Positions 13,646 through 26,686 of a stretch of 64,000 nt of DNA are shown here, in pieces (position 1 is the first letter of the stretch; each line of letters opens with the position of its first letter). The notes under the pieces were generated by a model that saw nothing but the letters and a program-made list of their open reading frames with translations, searched no databases and had not been told where the DNA came from. The position numbers and the translations under genes were made by a program. The stretch comes from Stegostoma tigrinum (lineage: Eukaryota): NCBI RefSeq assembly GCF_030684315.1, contig NC_081373.1, forward strand, positions 17,585,989 to 17,649,988, in the 5' to 3' direction.

Positions 13646-14369
13646 CGAACTTACAACCCCTGATATCTGCAAATATGTTTTATAAGGGAGGAATATGCCT
13701 ACAGTCCTGAAAAGCTCTTTTTTTGGTAAAAACACATCACCATTTTTGAATTTCACCAACATTCAAACACTTATGCTCAACCCTGGAGTTGCAAGTTGAA
13801 TTAATTGGTGACAGCCCTGTTATTAGAGAAGAATGAAAATGAATAGTGGTTCATACCCTTGCTTGGTAATAGCCACATATTTGTTGGCAAGAATAGCAAC
13901 GTGTTCAATCTGTCTGCCTCCCTCTGTCAAAAGAGAATACAGTATAGTTTACATTCACTGAATAGAGGGCTTCAGTGACTTCCTTTATGCAACTGGGGAT
14001 GGCAAATATCTCAAGCTCAAGGCTGATAGGCGCCAGTGACAAATAAAAATTCCAGCTAGAGTCACTTTCATAGGCCACGTTGCAACTGTGCCTGAAGCAG
14101 GTGACGGATTTCAATGCTGATATCTCACACTTTTTTGGTCACTGGGATTCAGGCTGGAGAATTTCTCCTCAAACTGCCTGCGTGGGAATGACCTCCTGGT
14201 ATGACAGCATCTCCCTTTCCTCTTTTTGTAGCGGCTTGTTCTGTGCTGCATGCTCCTGTTTATTCTCCAAACTATAGAGTAGCTAGTAATGCACCAACGT
14301 CTGGGAGCAACTGGCTTGTGCAGAACTCAACAAAGTTCCTTCATCCTCTGAAAGACATTTTGAAACAAC

Positions 14370-15464
14370 CATAGAAACATAGAACATAGAATATTACAGC
14401 ACATGCAGCTGTACAAAACACTAGTGCGGCCTCGTTTGGAATATTGCGAGCAGTTCTGGTCGCCCCATTACAGGAAGGATGCGGAAGCATTGGAAAAGGT
14501 GTAGAGGAGATTTACTAGGATGTTGCCTGGTCTGGAGCAGAGGCCCTATGAAGAAAGGCTGAGGGACTTGGGTCTGTCCTCATTGAAGAGAAGAAGGCGA
14601 AGAGGGGATTTAACAGAGACATACAAGATGATCAGAGGATTAGATAGGGTGGACAGTGAGAGTCTTTTTCCGAGCATGATGACTTCAGCTTGTACAAGGG
14701 GGCATAGCTACAAATTGAGGGGTGATAGATTTAAGACAGATGTCAGAGGCAGGTTCTTTACTCAGAGAGTGGTTAGGGCGTGGAATGCCCTGCCTGCCAA
14801 TGTAGTTAACTCAGCCACATTAGGGGCATTTAAACAGTACTTGGATAACATATGGATAATGATGGGATAGTAGGGGGAGGGGATTAGATTAGTTCACAGG
14901 TTGGCGCAACATCGAGGGCCGAAGGGCCTGTTCTGCGCTGTATTGTTCTATGTCCTATGTTCTAGTACAGGCCCTTTGGCCCTCGGTGTTGTGCCGACCT
15001 GCCATATCGATCTCAAGCCTATCTAACCTACACTATTTCATGTACGCCCATATGCTTATCCAATGACGACTTAAATGTACCTAAAGTTGGCGAATCTACT
15101 ACTGTTACAGGCAAAGCGTTCCATTCCCTTACTACTCTCTGAGTAAAGAAACTACCTCTGACATCTGTCCTATATCTTTCACCCCTCAATTTAAAGCTAT
15201 GCCGCCTCGTGCTGGCCGTCACCATCCTAGGAAAAAGGGTCTCCCTATCCACCCTATCTAATCCTCTGATTATTTTATATGTTTCAATTAAGTCACCTCT
15301 CAACCTTCTTCTCTCTAATGAAAACAGCCTCAAATCCCTCAGCCTTTCCTTGTAAGACCTTCCTTCCATACCAGGCAACATCCTAGTAAATCTCCTCTGC
15401 ACCCTTTCCAAAGCTTCCACATCCTTCTTATAATGCCGTGACCAGAACTGTACACAATACTCCA
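14370..15464 (-). mobile_element. CR1/HER1 LINE 3' fragment, interrupted in its tail by the element at 14404-14963
   Basis: ORF 15028-15480 reads LEYCVQFWS...ALERVQRRFTRMLPG...LFSLERRRLRGDLIE...FFTQRVVREWNALP. The (catagaa)n tail is at 14370-14400 and the element resumes at 14964 (agtacaggccc). Confidence 0.9.
14404..14963 (+). mobile_element. CR1/HER1 LINE 3' fragment
   Basis: ORF 14520-14870 reads MLPGLE...RRRRGDLTETYK...FFTQRVVRAWNALP, followed by a 3' UTR and (ctatgtt)n tail. Confidence 0.92.
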
Positions 15465-15906
15465 GATCTAAATTGTACAATCACTGCAATACCCAGAGGA
15501 AATTGACCAGCAAAATAACCTACAAATAGCTGATGGTTCTTGAACACAGCATTGATGGAGGGTCCTTCTTGAGAGTGAACATATGTTAAGCTGAGTAAGG
15601 TTAAGAGAGAGCATTAGCTGAAGTGCTAAGCTCCACCAACTGGTATGTTGATTGAATTCATAATCTACTGCTCTGCTTGCTTCTGGAAGTTTCTCACTGC
15701 ACACGTGTCTCTGCCAACAACAAAATGCCCAATTTCTCACCTCAGGGAATGTGATAAGATCTCAAGATGCAGATTGAGTTCTTACAAAGTAAAAGTACAT
15801 CTCCTTCACCCTGGAGAACGCAGCACACAGTTGTGAATTCAGCACAAACCAGGATCCAACCATGCATATCCTCAAACAAATAGAAATTTTGCCTGCAAAA
15901 GAAAGT

Positions 15907-16137
15907 AAAAACCAGAAGAACTGTGGATGCTGCACATCAGGAACAAGAACAAAGTTGCTGGAAAAGCTCAGCAGGTCTGGCAGCATCTGTGAAGCAAAAA
16001 ACAGAGTTAACGTTTCAGGTCCGGTGACCATTCCTGTTCTGAGAAAGGATCACTGGACCCAAAACGCTAACTCCGTATTTTCCTTTACAGATGCTGCCAG
16101 AGCTGCTGAGCTTTTCCAGCAACTTTGTTCTTGTTCC
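15907..16137 (+). mobile_element. Fold-back PLE-derived insertion, HHR family 2
   Basis: Inverted arms 15940-16035 and 16036-16137; degenerate HHR gtt-CTGAGAA-aggatcactggaccc-AAAA-cgct-aac. Confidence 0.8.
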
Positions 16138-17485
16138 AGAAACTTTCCCTTTAGCTGGCATACATTTAAATAATTGGGCTAATATTCTGCTGGGAGCAAT
16201 GAATATGGTAAAGATTAACATACTCCTCCATCCTTTCTAATCCCATATGCAGCCCCTTCATATCCTGGTACACAGAGGAGGGTCTTAACAAATGTATCTT
16301 GAAACTCCTATGGGGTGGTAACAGGAAATGAATATGACTTGGATATTCAATTCATCCACAGAATGAGGGCAGACTTCTTGAAGTTCAAATGTTCTCCTTT
16401 GAAAAGTAATATCAAATTGTACAGCAGGCAGCTGATTCCCAATAAATCCATTTAGTGCTGCTGACAATGACCAATTTCACCCCCACTAAATTCAAAATAT
16501 ATCTCTTTCAAGCATGTTAAGGATAAAATGTAACATGACTCTGTCACTTTTGCATATCTCCTACAGTTCAATGTAAACTTCCAAAAGGGGCAAGTAAACC
16601 ATTTCTAGAGTGATTATAGTGCTTTGAAATATCAAGCGTTTCGGTGCTGAAAGCGTCAATGTGGAAAAAAGGAGCGATCTGAAAGAGCAAGTGTCAGAGG
16701 AAGCCTGCCTTTCAGCTATCTCACAGTGAGCATGATGGCCTTTGCTATAGAATTTCTTCTATGAGATCTTGTAGGAAGTGTTATTAAAATATTTAGGAAT
16801 CCCATGGCATTCCAAATTTAGTTCATAAATGTGAACAGAAATAACACTTGAAAGGAAAAAAAAGTCGCAATTTAGTGTATACAATGTGACATAATTTCAA
16901 TGTGCTAGTCCCTGGTAAGCATTCATTAACTCTACCCCAGTACAGCCCATCTAGATGCAAGACTATATTTTTGTTTATTGCAGGATGTCTTTTTAAGTAT
17001 TTATTACAAGCACTGAGGAAGTCATCAACTTCCTTTCTGCCTTGTGGCCAATAACAATCTCAAATCTAATGAACAAGGACTGAGTTCAACTGTGGCTGAC
17101 CTTAGCCCGTACTTCGAACCAACATTGTAAATTTTTTCAAGATGTAAAACTCATCCAGACCCCAGGCTTTGATAAGGAGCAACTTTACTTTATTAAGGTG
17201 ATTTAAGACCAGGGTTTTCTCCTCTATCCTAATGAGTTGCATGTGGGAAATAATTCTCAAATGTCTGAAACCATTTTTTTTAACCAAAGTGCCTCCTTTT
17301 CTCATCAGATTCAATTATAGTCAGACGATATTATTCTTACATTTTTAAAATCCCATTTAGACTTTTTTTCAACCAATGGTAAATGGCTACGGGGAAAAGA
17401 AACCAGTTTTTCACTCTGCTCTAGATGCCACAATGCTAATTTCATTCACAGAACAGAACCTTCTCCTGTCTCAGTCATATTGAAC

Positions 17486-17692
17486 TGAAATAAAAGCAGG
17501 ATGTGCTGGAGAAACTCAGCAGGACTGACATCTTTAGAGAGAGAGAAAAACAAGAGTTATCATTTCCAGTTGAAAACGGCTGAATGTTCACTCATTCTCT
17601 CACCTCAAATATTGGCAGATCAGTTGAGTGTCTCCAGCTTTTCTGCTTTTATTTCAGATTGCCAGCATCTGCAGTCCTTTGCTTTTGTTTCA
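17486..17692. mobile_element. Old fold-back PLE-derived insertion (family-2-like)
   Basis: Inverted arms gctggagaaactcagc / gttgagtgtctccagc, with the extension ccagcatctgcagtcc on one side only. Confidence 0.6.
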
Positions 17693-18363
17693 GAGTTATT
17701 GAGCTGTGAGGACTAGGAAGATCCCAACTTCATATTACTGCTGAGTTTATGTAACATCATACAGAACATAGGGCACAGAGCAAGTCATTTGGCCCAACTG
17801 GTCCACCCATGCTCCACCCTAGCTTCGTCTCATTTTTCTTAATCGAAAACTGACCTCAATGTTTTCCCTCAAATGTTCAGCTAATTTTCTCTTCATTTCA
17901 TCTTTACAATTCACTTCAGCCATACCCTGGGGTCACAACATCCACATTCTCACCCCTCTTTGCCTATAGACCCATATCTTCTGATGTCCCAATTCCTTGT
18001 TATTAGATAATGATGGCTTCTGATTTCTCCTTCTTCATGAGAGCAAGCATTTTCTTTCCGTAGCCACTTTATGGAAACATTTCCATATTTTGTAGAATCT
18101 TCTGGGTCCAAAATGATCCAGAACCTTGTAATCTTCCCACCTTCACCTGAACTGTGTTCTAGACTGAAAGAACCGGGCTCCATCTTCCTGCCCATCCACC
18201 AACTCAAGCCATTAAGTGATTAATTAATGACCATTTAAGGGCCTGATCCCTCCTGGCTGCTATTATTTCAGCCTCAGATGGGCTAAGAAAGAATCAGTCC
18301 ACCTGAATCTACCAGCCTACCAATGTGGGGAAGACTGTCTGGGAGAGTAGTTCCTAATCTGCA

Positions 18364-18580
18364 CTGCATGGGTTTCCTCCCGGTGCTCCAGGTTCCTCCC
18401 ACAGTCTAAACATGTGCAGGCTAGGTGGATTGGCCATGCTAAATTGCCCATAGTGTTCAGGGGTGTGTAGATTAGGTGGGTTATGAGGAATGGGTGTGGG
18501 TGGGATGCTCTGAGGTGTGGTTTGGACTTGTTGGTTCAAAGGGCCCATTTCCACACTGTAGGGATTCTATGATTCTAATC
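18364..18580 (+). mobile_element. 5'-truncated HE1 SINE
   Basis: V-domain 3' half plus tail gggattctatgattcta; flanking ctaatctg is duplicated (18354-18361 and 18575-18582). Confidence 0.85.
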
Positions 18581-18583
18581 TGT

Positions 18584-19415
18584 CGTCATCATCATCATCA
18601 TTGGTGGCCCCTCACAGATGAGAATGACTCTTGTCTTGGGGCAGCTGATAGCCATGGGAAGGGCTGGATGGGACATTGCTATGGCAGCATGCTCCTTTTG
18701 CTGTTTTCACTCGGCTTCCGCTTTTCCCTAACGGCAGGTATCCAGGTGTTCCATGCCCTCCCGGATACTCCTCCTCCACTTTTGGACAGTCTTGGGCTAG
18801 TGATTCCCAGGCGTCTGTGTGAATGCCACACTTTGCCAGTGAGTATCACTCAGGGTATCAGTGAAGTGTTTCCTCTGTTCACTGGGGGCTCGCCTACTGT
18901 CTCAGAGCTGGGTGTAGAGCACCTGCTTAGGGAGTGTCATGCTGATCACATGGACCAGGTGCCCAGCCCGTTGTAGCTGATCACGGATGTTCCGTATCTC
19001 AATGCTGGGCTGTTGGCCTAGTCGAGGACGCTGGTGTTGGTGCGTTTTCTTCCCAGTTGATTTGCAGGATCTTGCACAGGCAGCGTTGGTGGGACAGCCC
19101 CAGTGCCTTGAGGTCCCTGCTGTCTCAGAGCCATATAGGAAGGTAGGAACCACCACAGCTCTGTGTACCATGAGCTTGGTGTCAGGTCTGATGTTGTTGT
19201 TCTCTAACACCCTTTTCCTCAGGTGGCTGAAGGCTGTGCTAGTACACGGGAGGTGGTTGCTGGAATTCTTCATCAATTGCTGCTTTGGCCAACAGGACGC
19301 TCCTGAGATGTTGGATGTGGTCAATGTGCTACCAGCATCCGGATGGACTTTGGTTATTGGGGATTTGCTCCACAATGCCAGGCCAGGTTGGTGGAGGAGC
19401 TTTACACTAATCTGT
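18584..19415 (-). mobile_element. RTE-clade (BovB-like) LINE 3' fragment, degraded
   Basis: ORF 18902-19375 contains AFSHLRKRV...IRPDTKLMVHRAVVVPTFLYGSET, a typical RTE C-terminal motif; (tga)n tail on the minus strand at 18585-18601. Confidence 0.8.
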
Positions 19416-19422
19416 ACACAAT

Positions 19423-19732
19423 GGGGATGTGATGACCTAGTGGTATTATCATGAGACTATTAATCCAGAAATGTTAGTAATGTTCTGGGGAGTTGGGTTC
19501 AAATCCTGCCAAAGCAGATGGTCGTATCTGAATTTGATATGCGTCTGGAATTAAAGTCTGATGGTGACTGTGAGCCACTGTGAATTGTTAGGGGGGAAAC
19601 TCCCAAAACGCCCTTTAGGAGAGTAAACTGCTATCCTTACCCGGTCAGGCCTACATGTGACTCCAGACTCACAACAGTGCAGTTGAGTTTTACCTGCCCC
19701 TCGGATGCCCATATCCTGTGAATGAATAAAAA
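19423..19732 (+). mobile_element. tRNA-derived SINE (same family as 58237-58592)
   Basis: A-box tgacctagtgg, B-box ggttcaaatcc, core ggcctacatgtgactccagac, tail gtgaatgaataaaaa. Confidence 0.8.
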
Positions 19733-21504
19733 CACAATCAGGGGTCTGGGCATTGAGCAGGGAGGTATGTGGCCTTCACCTCCTTGCTCTGTCTTCCTGT
19801 GACTCCTGTCATGCTGTGAGATGATCCCAAGTGGCACTTGCTTACCTTTTCTGAGGTCAATCCACCATCCTGGGAATTTGACTGCGAGGGGGAAGAGGTT
19901 GCTGTGCCAGCAGAACCCTTGGCATCCTCTGTGATGGGACTGCTGAGTGCTGGAGCTGCCACTGACTGGCACATCCCTCTCAGTCCAGATACCAGTGGAA
20001 AACCTGCCAAACCACCAATCCAGTACCTGATTGCTGAAAGTTCTAGTGAGCTTTCACATCCCAATGAGACATGGTTAAAAACCTGCAATCTCTCCCACTT
20101 TTAGAATTAGTCCAAAATCATGAGGATATTACCCATAATTTAAAGCAATCTATTAGGTATTTTGTGAAAAAGAACTGAGCAAATACGTGTAGCAACCCTG
20201 CTGTCAGGGTCAGGGAAAAGAGCACTTCTCATCTGATGTAGCTGAGATTTCACCGGGAAAGCTGGAGTGCAGGGATTTTGGTTGGTAGCAAGTAATGGAA
20301 AAGGGTGTAATGTAGGAGGATCATGGTACCATCCAAAATCAAATGTAGCCTGGCTTCGTGGGGTGGGTGGCATAGTCCTGTCCATTTCCAGAGGCCTGTT
20401 GCGAAGGATACACAGAGGTAGGAGTAAGTAGATGGTTTGCGTGGAGCCTTGAGGAGTGTGAAGCCGATGGGGTTAAAGGGATGGGCTACGAGGAAGGGGA
20501 TGTGGATATCTAGGGGGAGGCTTACTGGTAAGTTCAGGCTGAGGCTGGAAGTCACTGGCTCACTATTACCCCTCCACTGTGATGCACATTGGAGTGGGGC
20601 ACAAAATAGTTGCAACTAGATTCGGAGTGGACAGGGTAGGTGACACGGCCTGTGAGAGAGAAGGCTGCAGCAAACAGTGACCACGGGGGATTTAAAGAGA
20701 GAGAACGCGGGTCACAGTAAGATATGAAAGATAGATCACACAGTCTGCCCTCTCCTGGGCCATTCTACATCACTGAGCACCTCCCTGGCTCAGCTACTGC
20801 TGAACAACTCTTTGACAGCTACAGCTTCACACACAAAGGGAGTGAAACATTAGGGGACACGGAAGAGGAGGGATGGCGGTGTCAGTGTGACCCAGTGCCA
20901 TGTGCACACATTGCTCCCTTGCCCTCTGCTTCCAGACGGGGCAGTAGGACTTAGCGTCGATCTCCATGCATGGAACCTTGTCTGTGGCCACAAGGTGCCA
21001 CTGGATGGTGCGGAGAAACATTTAGCAACTACACAGAGAAACTCACAAACACAGGACAGTCAATGTCATTTCTACAGAAATTGAGACTGCCATTCAAACT
21101 TTTCTCACCCATGCCAGCCAATTGCTCTCAGTAAGCCTGCTTCTCTCTGTCAATCCCAGAACACCTTGGTGTACTGTTTGGGTCTGCAGCTGGAGTGGAG
21201 AGAGCCTGAAGATTTCCAATAATATTCGAGGTGCACTTTCACTAAATAAAGATAGTTGCACATGCTTTTGGCATCTTCACTTCTCCACAACAGTATCGAC
21301 ACAGACAAGCGAGATGGTCAGTGACCTTCCTGGAGAGGATGCTACTGCGAATATTCTGTTGTTCTGTGGATGTGGAGATTATTAAAATAAGGCATTACAG
21401 ACTATGGTCAGAAATTAGTATAACAGCTGAAAGAGTGCTCACCAGATCAACCTGAAGCTGAACAAAAGATAAGACGTATTTGAAGATGCCTGAACTCAAA
21501 TGCA

Positions 21505-21740
21505 GGCATTTGATATGAGGGCTTTGAAGAGAAGTTTACAAGAATGATTCCGGGGATGAGAAAATTCAGTTGTGAGGAAAAATTGGAGAATCTGGGGCTG
21601 CTTTCTTTGGAAAGGAGTGGGCTAAGGACAGATTCCATAGTCATTTTCAAAATCATGAGGGGACTGGACAGAATAGATGGAGAGAAACTGTTCAAACTCA
21701 TAAAAGATTCAAGAAAGGAGGGTACAGTTTAAACTGTTCT
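21505..21740 (+). mobile_element. CR1 LINE fragment
   Basis: ORF 21544-21732 reads MIPGMRKFSCEEKLENLGLLSLER...FKIMRGLDRID. Confidence 0.8.
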
Positions 21741-22749
21741 GTAATTTGGCTCCTTTACTTTAGACTTGTTACTTATGTATTAGTTGAAGTGTGATTGCTG
21801 TACCCTGAAAACAAAATAAAAATATTTGTAGCAACCAACTGAGAGATGAGTCAATTCTCCCTCTTTACCTGATCATAACAAGGTCACAAAACCAACAGAG
21901 ACATCAGGCTGAAACCTTACATTTTTATTTTGGCTGTCAATATTGTCGTGTTTTGTGGACGGTTTCTTGTTGCGAAGCCCTGCGAGATTACTCACTATTA
22001 CTCCTGCTTTTATGATTCCTGCTTCCCCAGTGACCCTTCATCTTGTCACACCCCTCCTCAAATCCCTGTCTTGCTGAGGCCCTTTATGTTATAATTAATA
22101 CAAACAACTATATGAATTAGGAGCAGGAGAAGGGCTCTTCAGACATTCAATGAAATCTGATCTGATCTGATCATTCCACATTCCTGCCCACCACTGATAA
22201 CATTTCACCCCATACTTTATGAAGAATGTATGTGCCTCTGCCTTACAAAAAAAATTTTAAAAATCTCTGCTTCCACTGTCTTTTGAGGAAAGGAATTGCA
22301 AAGATTCGCAACCCTCCGCAAGAAAAAATATTCTTACTTCTGTTTCAAATGTGTGACCTCTTACTTTTAAACAGTGATCCCAGATTTAGGTGTACTCCAA
22401 GCTCTTTTGTTTAACAGGTTTTATGTTTGAATTACCCATACACATAGAATAACATTGAAGTAAATGTTTCCTGTTACTTGCTCACTCCTGCCCACATACA
22501 GCAACCACACTGATCAAAGAGACATGATACATCTTTAAAGGGCTCCTATTGACATTTGACCCGATAAAAATATGATTAGCTCATTTGGGGACAGTAATAC
22601 AGAATGTTTATAAAAACTCAACACGCATGTAGAAGAACCCACTACAGTTTAGGAGGACCAGGAATAATCAATGATAGATAAAAGTGAAGTTTGAACAATG
22701 AATGCAACAATACAAAATGGAATCCATACAGTAAGTGGTGAAATTTCTC

Positions 22750-22962
22750 TTTAATTCACTCATGTGACATGGGTGTTTTGCTCGTCCCAAGTTTCCCTGG
22801 AGAAGGTGGTGGTGAGTTGCTTTATTGAACCGCTGCATTCCATGTGCTGTAGGTTGACCCACAATACCCTTAGGGAGGGAATTCCAGGGTTTCAACCCAG
22901 TGATAGTGAAGAAATGGTGATATATTTCCAAGTCAGGATGGTGAGTGGCTTGGAGGGGAACT
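22750..22962 (-). mobile_element. CR1/L2-group LINE (second lineage) 3' end
   Basis: ORF reads FTITGLKPWNSLPKGIVG...FNKATHHHLLQG; homologous to 44630-45066. Confidence 0.75.
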
Positions 22963-23814
22963 ATAAATACAGAGGAGATAATGGCCTAGAAATTGTTGAT
23001 CATCCATAAGTATCTACAATTCCGGAAAACTGTCATGGGTACAAGTGCTGAGTCCTTTCTGCCATTTATATATGGAAAATCTTGAGACCCCCGGAAAAAC
23101 AATGCTTCTTTTTGATTTATTGATGCATAGTGACTAATTGGCAGATGTACATTTGTAGTCATGTTGGGTTGTCAGAGGCTCCCAGAGCAGATCTACTTGT
23201 TGGATATAATTTTTTTATTTGCGATAGGCATCATATGTAGTTAAGCTATTATGTTTCAAATCAATGAAAGTGTTTCAAAAAAGAGAAAGAATGACAAATA
23301 TTTTCAGTTGGTTTTGTACTTTTGATCTTCTGGGCGTACCCAATGCAAGAAGTGGCTCAGTGGTTAGCAGTGTTGCCTCACAGCACCAGGGACCTGGTGA
23401 CCTGGCAAATGAAAAGCATAAGATTTCAACTCTCACCTAGCCTGGCATCCAGCAGTATCCAAGGAGCACACTCTATCAGATGGATGTAACTGCCTACCTG
23501 TCAGTATCTCTTTCAGCACTTACTGCAGAAGGCTACAGAGCTAGGATACTGATAAACCTTAGCACACAATATGGAGTTGTGCTTGCTTATAATAGGGGGC
23601 AAAGTTTAAATTCTTAAGTAAGAAATATTTAAATCCTAGTCATTCAACTTGGATTGATTTACTGTAGGAAATCTACTTACTGCTCATAATTTGGTAACTT
23701 CATTCAGCAGGGTAGATTTGGAAGTATAAATGGCTACTTTGTCCTAGGTACTGTTCTTATGGAGATGTTGGTATACAGTTAGAATGCAGATTAATATGTT
23801 AGTGCTTTGACTCT

Positions 23815-23912
23815 CATGGTGCTTTGGTAGTGTTCCTACCTTTGGGCCAGGGTTCAAGTCCCACCTGCTCCAGAGGTGTGTCATAATATCTTTGAACAAG
23901 AAAATATCTATA
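23815..23912 (+). mobile_element. Short tRNA-derived SINE
   Basis: ggtgctttggtagtgttcctacc...ggttcaagtcccacctgctccagag (B-box); a related inverted copy lies near 40990-41110. Confidence 0.5.
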
Positions 23913-24489
23913 AATATTGCTATGGCTTTTAGTTAAGCTGGCAGCACAGTCATTCAAGAGGAAGAACTCGTGCCTGCCAAAATATTAACTAACTATACCT
24001 TCTCTTGTTTGGCTGAGTATGATATACTGTCAGCATGTACCACACTCAGGTCATTGTGCAGAAATGTGTTTGAGGAGAAGGAGAAGGATTGAGAGATGGT
24101 GTACACTCGGCAGAATTTAATCATTCCCTTGAATCATAATCTAGACAATGCCTGAAGGCATAAGATGTAAACGGCTTTCTTTTGAGGTTTTTCATGCTTA
24201 GGATTCTCAAAACTTCGCTACTGAAAAATCTGTGCCGAGGAGATTTTGTGCATTTCTCACAGTTGAGACATAATTTACTTGTTGAAGTCAAAGAGCTTAT
24301 ACCCTTGTGGATAGAATCTAGGTTAAGTGACCCAGGTGTGAACAGGAGTGCTGCTAGAGATTTACCAGTGAACGCTGTGTAGTTTAGCAAGATGGGGCAT
24401 TGACAAGCATCCAGCCACTTGTCCAACCAGGAATATAATTAGCTGGTCAAGCATTAAGAGTCTCATGTTGAACTAGTTAACTAGTATCT

Positions 24490-25310
24490 TTTATTTGTTT
24501 GTGGGATGTGGAAATTGCTGGCTGGCCAGCATTTATTGATTGTCCCTGGTTGCCCTTGGGAAGGGGTTGTTGAGCTTCCTTCTTGAACCGCAGAAGTCAC
24601 ATGCTGTAGGTTGGCCCACAATGCCCTTCGGCAGGGAATTCCAAATTTTGAACCTAGTGACTCTGAAGGACCCAAGTCAGCGTGGTTAGTGGCCTGGAGG
24701 GGTCTTGTTCCAGGGTGGTGTTCCCATGTATCTGCTGCCCTTGTCACTCTAGATGGAAGTGATCATGGGTTTGAAAGGTCCCATCTGAGGATCTTTGGTA
24801 GATTTCTGCAGTGCAACTTGTAGATGGTACACTGCGTACTGCATCGGTAGTGGAGGGAGTGAATGCTTGTGGGTGTAGTGCCAATCAAGCGGGCTGCTTT
24901 GTCCTGGATGGTGTCAAGTTTGCAGCTGCAGCCATGCGGGCAAGTGGGAGTATTCTATCACACTCCTGACTTGTGCCTTGTAGATGGTGGACAGACTGTG
25001 GGGAGTCAGGAGGTGAATTACTCGCCACAGCATTCCCAGCTTCTGGCCTGCTCTTGTAGCCACTGTGTTTATGTGGTGTGTCCACTTGAGCTTCTGGTCA
25101 ATGGTAACCCCCAGGGTGTTGATAGTGGGGGATTCGATGATGGTAACACCATTGAATGTCAAGGGGCAGTGGTTAGATTGTTTCCCATTGGACGTGGTCT
25201 TTACCTGGCATTTGTGTGGCACAAATGTAACGTACTACCTGTCCAGATCTTGTTGGATTAGAACAGAGATTGTCTCAGTATTGGAGGAGTTGCGAATGGT
25301 GCTGAACATA
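24490..25310 (-). mobile_element. CR1/L2-group LINE (second lineage) 3' fragment
   Basis: ORF 24914-25222 reads LGVTIDQKLKWTHHI...LSTIYKAQVRSVIEYS, the C-terminal region after the RT. Confidence 0.85.
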
Positions 25311-26049
25311 ATGTGGTCACATATTGGATTATTGTAGCTACTATTGATGGGTATTAGAAGTCATTTTAGAGATACGGTATAATGAATATTTCGATGGGTC
25401 CATGGGGTAAGCTGTGATGTACAATGTATGAGGTTGGAGATTTGGAACTAGTGTATGTAACAACATGTGGATCTGTAGCCTCACCATCATGTTTTAATCA
25501 TTAATGAATGTTATTTAAAGAAACCTAGAGAGCTAACCTGAGGTTGTATGATGACCTGAAGAACCCATTCTAAAACAGTCAGTGGGTTCACTTTTTTTAT
25601 TCATCACAAATATTAAACTCTAAGAATATTAGATATGGGATCCCAATTGTGTACTTAGTTTCAGAATCCTATAGTGACACTGGAAGAAAAATATTTTAGA
25701 AAGACCAGAACTTAGTCTATTTGGAATAACTATTATTATTTAGTAGAAGCAACTGTATAGGCTTTATTTTTCACAGCAGCTTGAGATAAGTTTATAAGAT
25801 TTTGTTTTATTTTTAAATGATCTGTTGTTGCATTGTGTAATGTATTCTCTCCTTCCTTCCATAACTACTTTTATTTAGTACATGGTCTTCCAGCTTTAGA
25901 GGAAGCCATAAATATTTATAGTAGATGTAGAATATATCTAATTTGTTCCTCTTCTCCAATGATGATATTTATAACAATGACAACATGCTTTACCTATCAA
26001 GTGCCCTTAAGCAGCAAAATGCGCCAAGAAAACTCACTGGACCTTTATG

Positions 26050-26600
26050 AAAACCAAATGTGATACTGAGTCATACAAGGCCCTATTAGGGCAGGTGGCC
26101 TAAGAGGGACGCTAAAAGCACCTCTGAAGGGGAGGAGGTGGAAAGGTTTAGGGAAGAGAATTGCGGATCTTAGGGCATCGGCAACAGAAGGCATGGCCAC
26201 CAATGGTGAAGCGGTTAAAGCCACGGATGCAAAAAATACCAGAATGGGAAGGATGCTCAAATCTCCAAACATGAAGAGTTGGGAGAGATTACAGCAATAA
26301 GGAAAGTCCAGAAGCAGATAGTTTGCAAACAGGGATGAGAATTTTAAAATTGAGACATTGCATAATTGGGAGTTAATATAATGCAGTGAGCAGAGGGGTG
26401 ACAAGGAATGGGACTTGGTGAGAAAAAAAGACTCAAGCAGCAGGATTTCAGGTGCCCTCAAGTTTGCTGAATGAGGAATGGGAGAAGCCAACCAGGATTG
26501 CATTGGGACAGTCAAATCTACAGGTAATAAATACAGGAAGGGATTTTCAGCAGCAGATGAGTTGAGTAAGGTGTTATTGCAAAAGTGGAAATAGATTGTA
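26050..26600 (-). mobile_element. L2 LINE 3' fragment, degraded
   Basis: The minus strand caccattggtggccatgccttc...cctaagatccgcaattctcttccctaaacc corresponds to the decayed L2 terminal motif G-G-x-A-F...P-K-x-W-N-S-L-P. Confidence 0.55.
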
Positions 26601-26686
26601 TGATGTGATGTGATGTGATGTGAGCCCACTACAATTCTGGTAACTCAGCCTCTTTTTGTGTAATCTCATAAAAAGACTAATAGGAG

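Noticed and set aside
13136-13762. 208-aa minus-strand ORF
   Set aside because: Mostly the antisense reading of an HE1 SINE (CGRKPEHP peptide).
19740-21130. GC-richer patch, possibly a DNA-transposon remnant (also 56140-56740)
   Set aside because: I could not identify terminal inverted repeats or transposase motifs.
26045-26629. 194-aa hydrophobic ORF
   Set aside because: Out-of-frame reading of a decayed L2 3' end.
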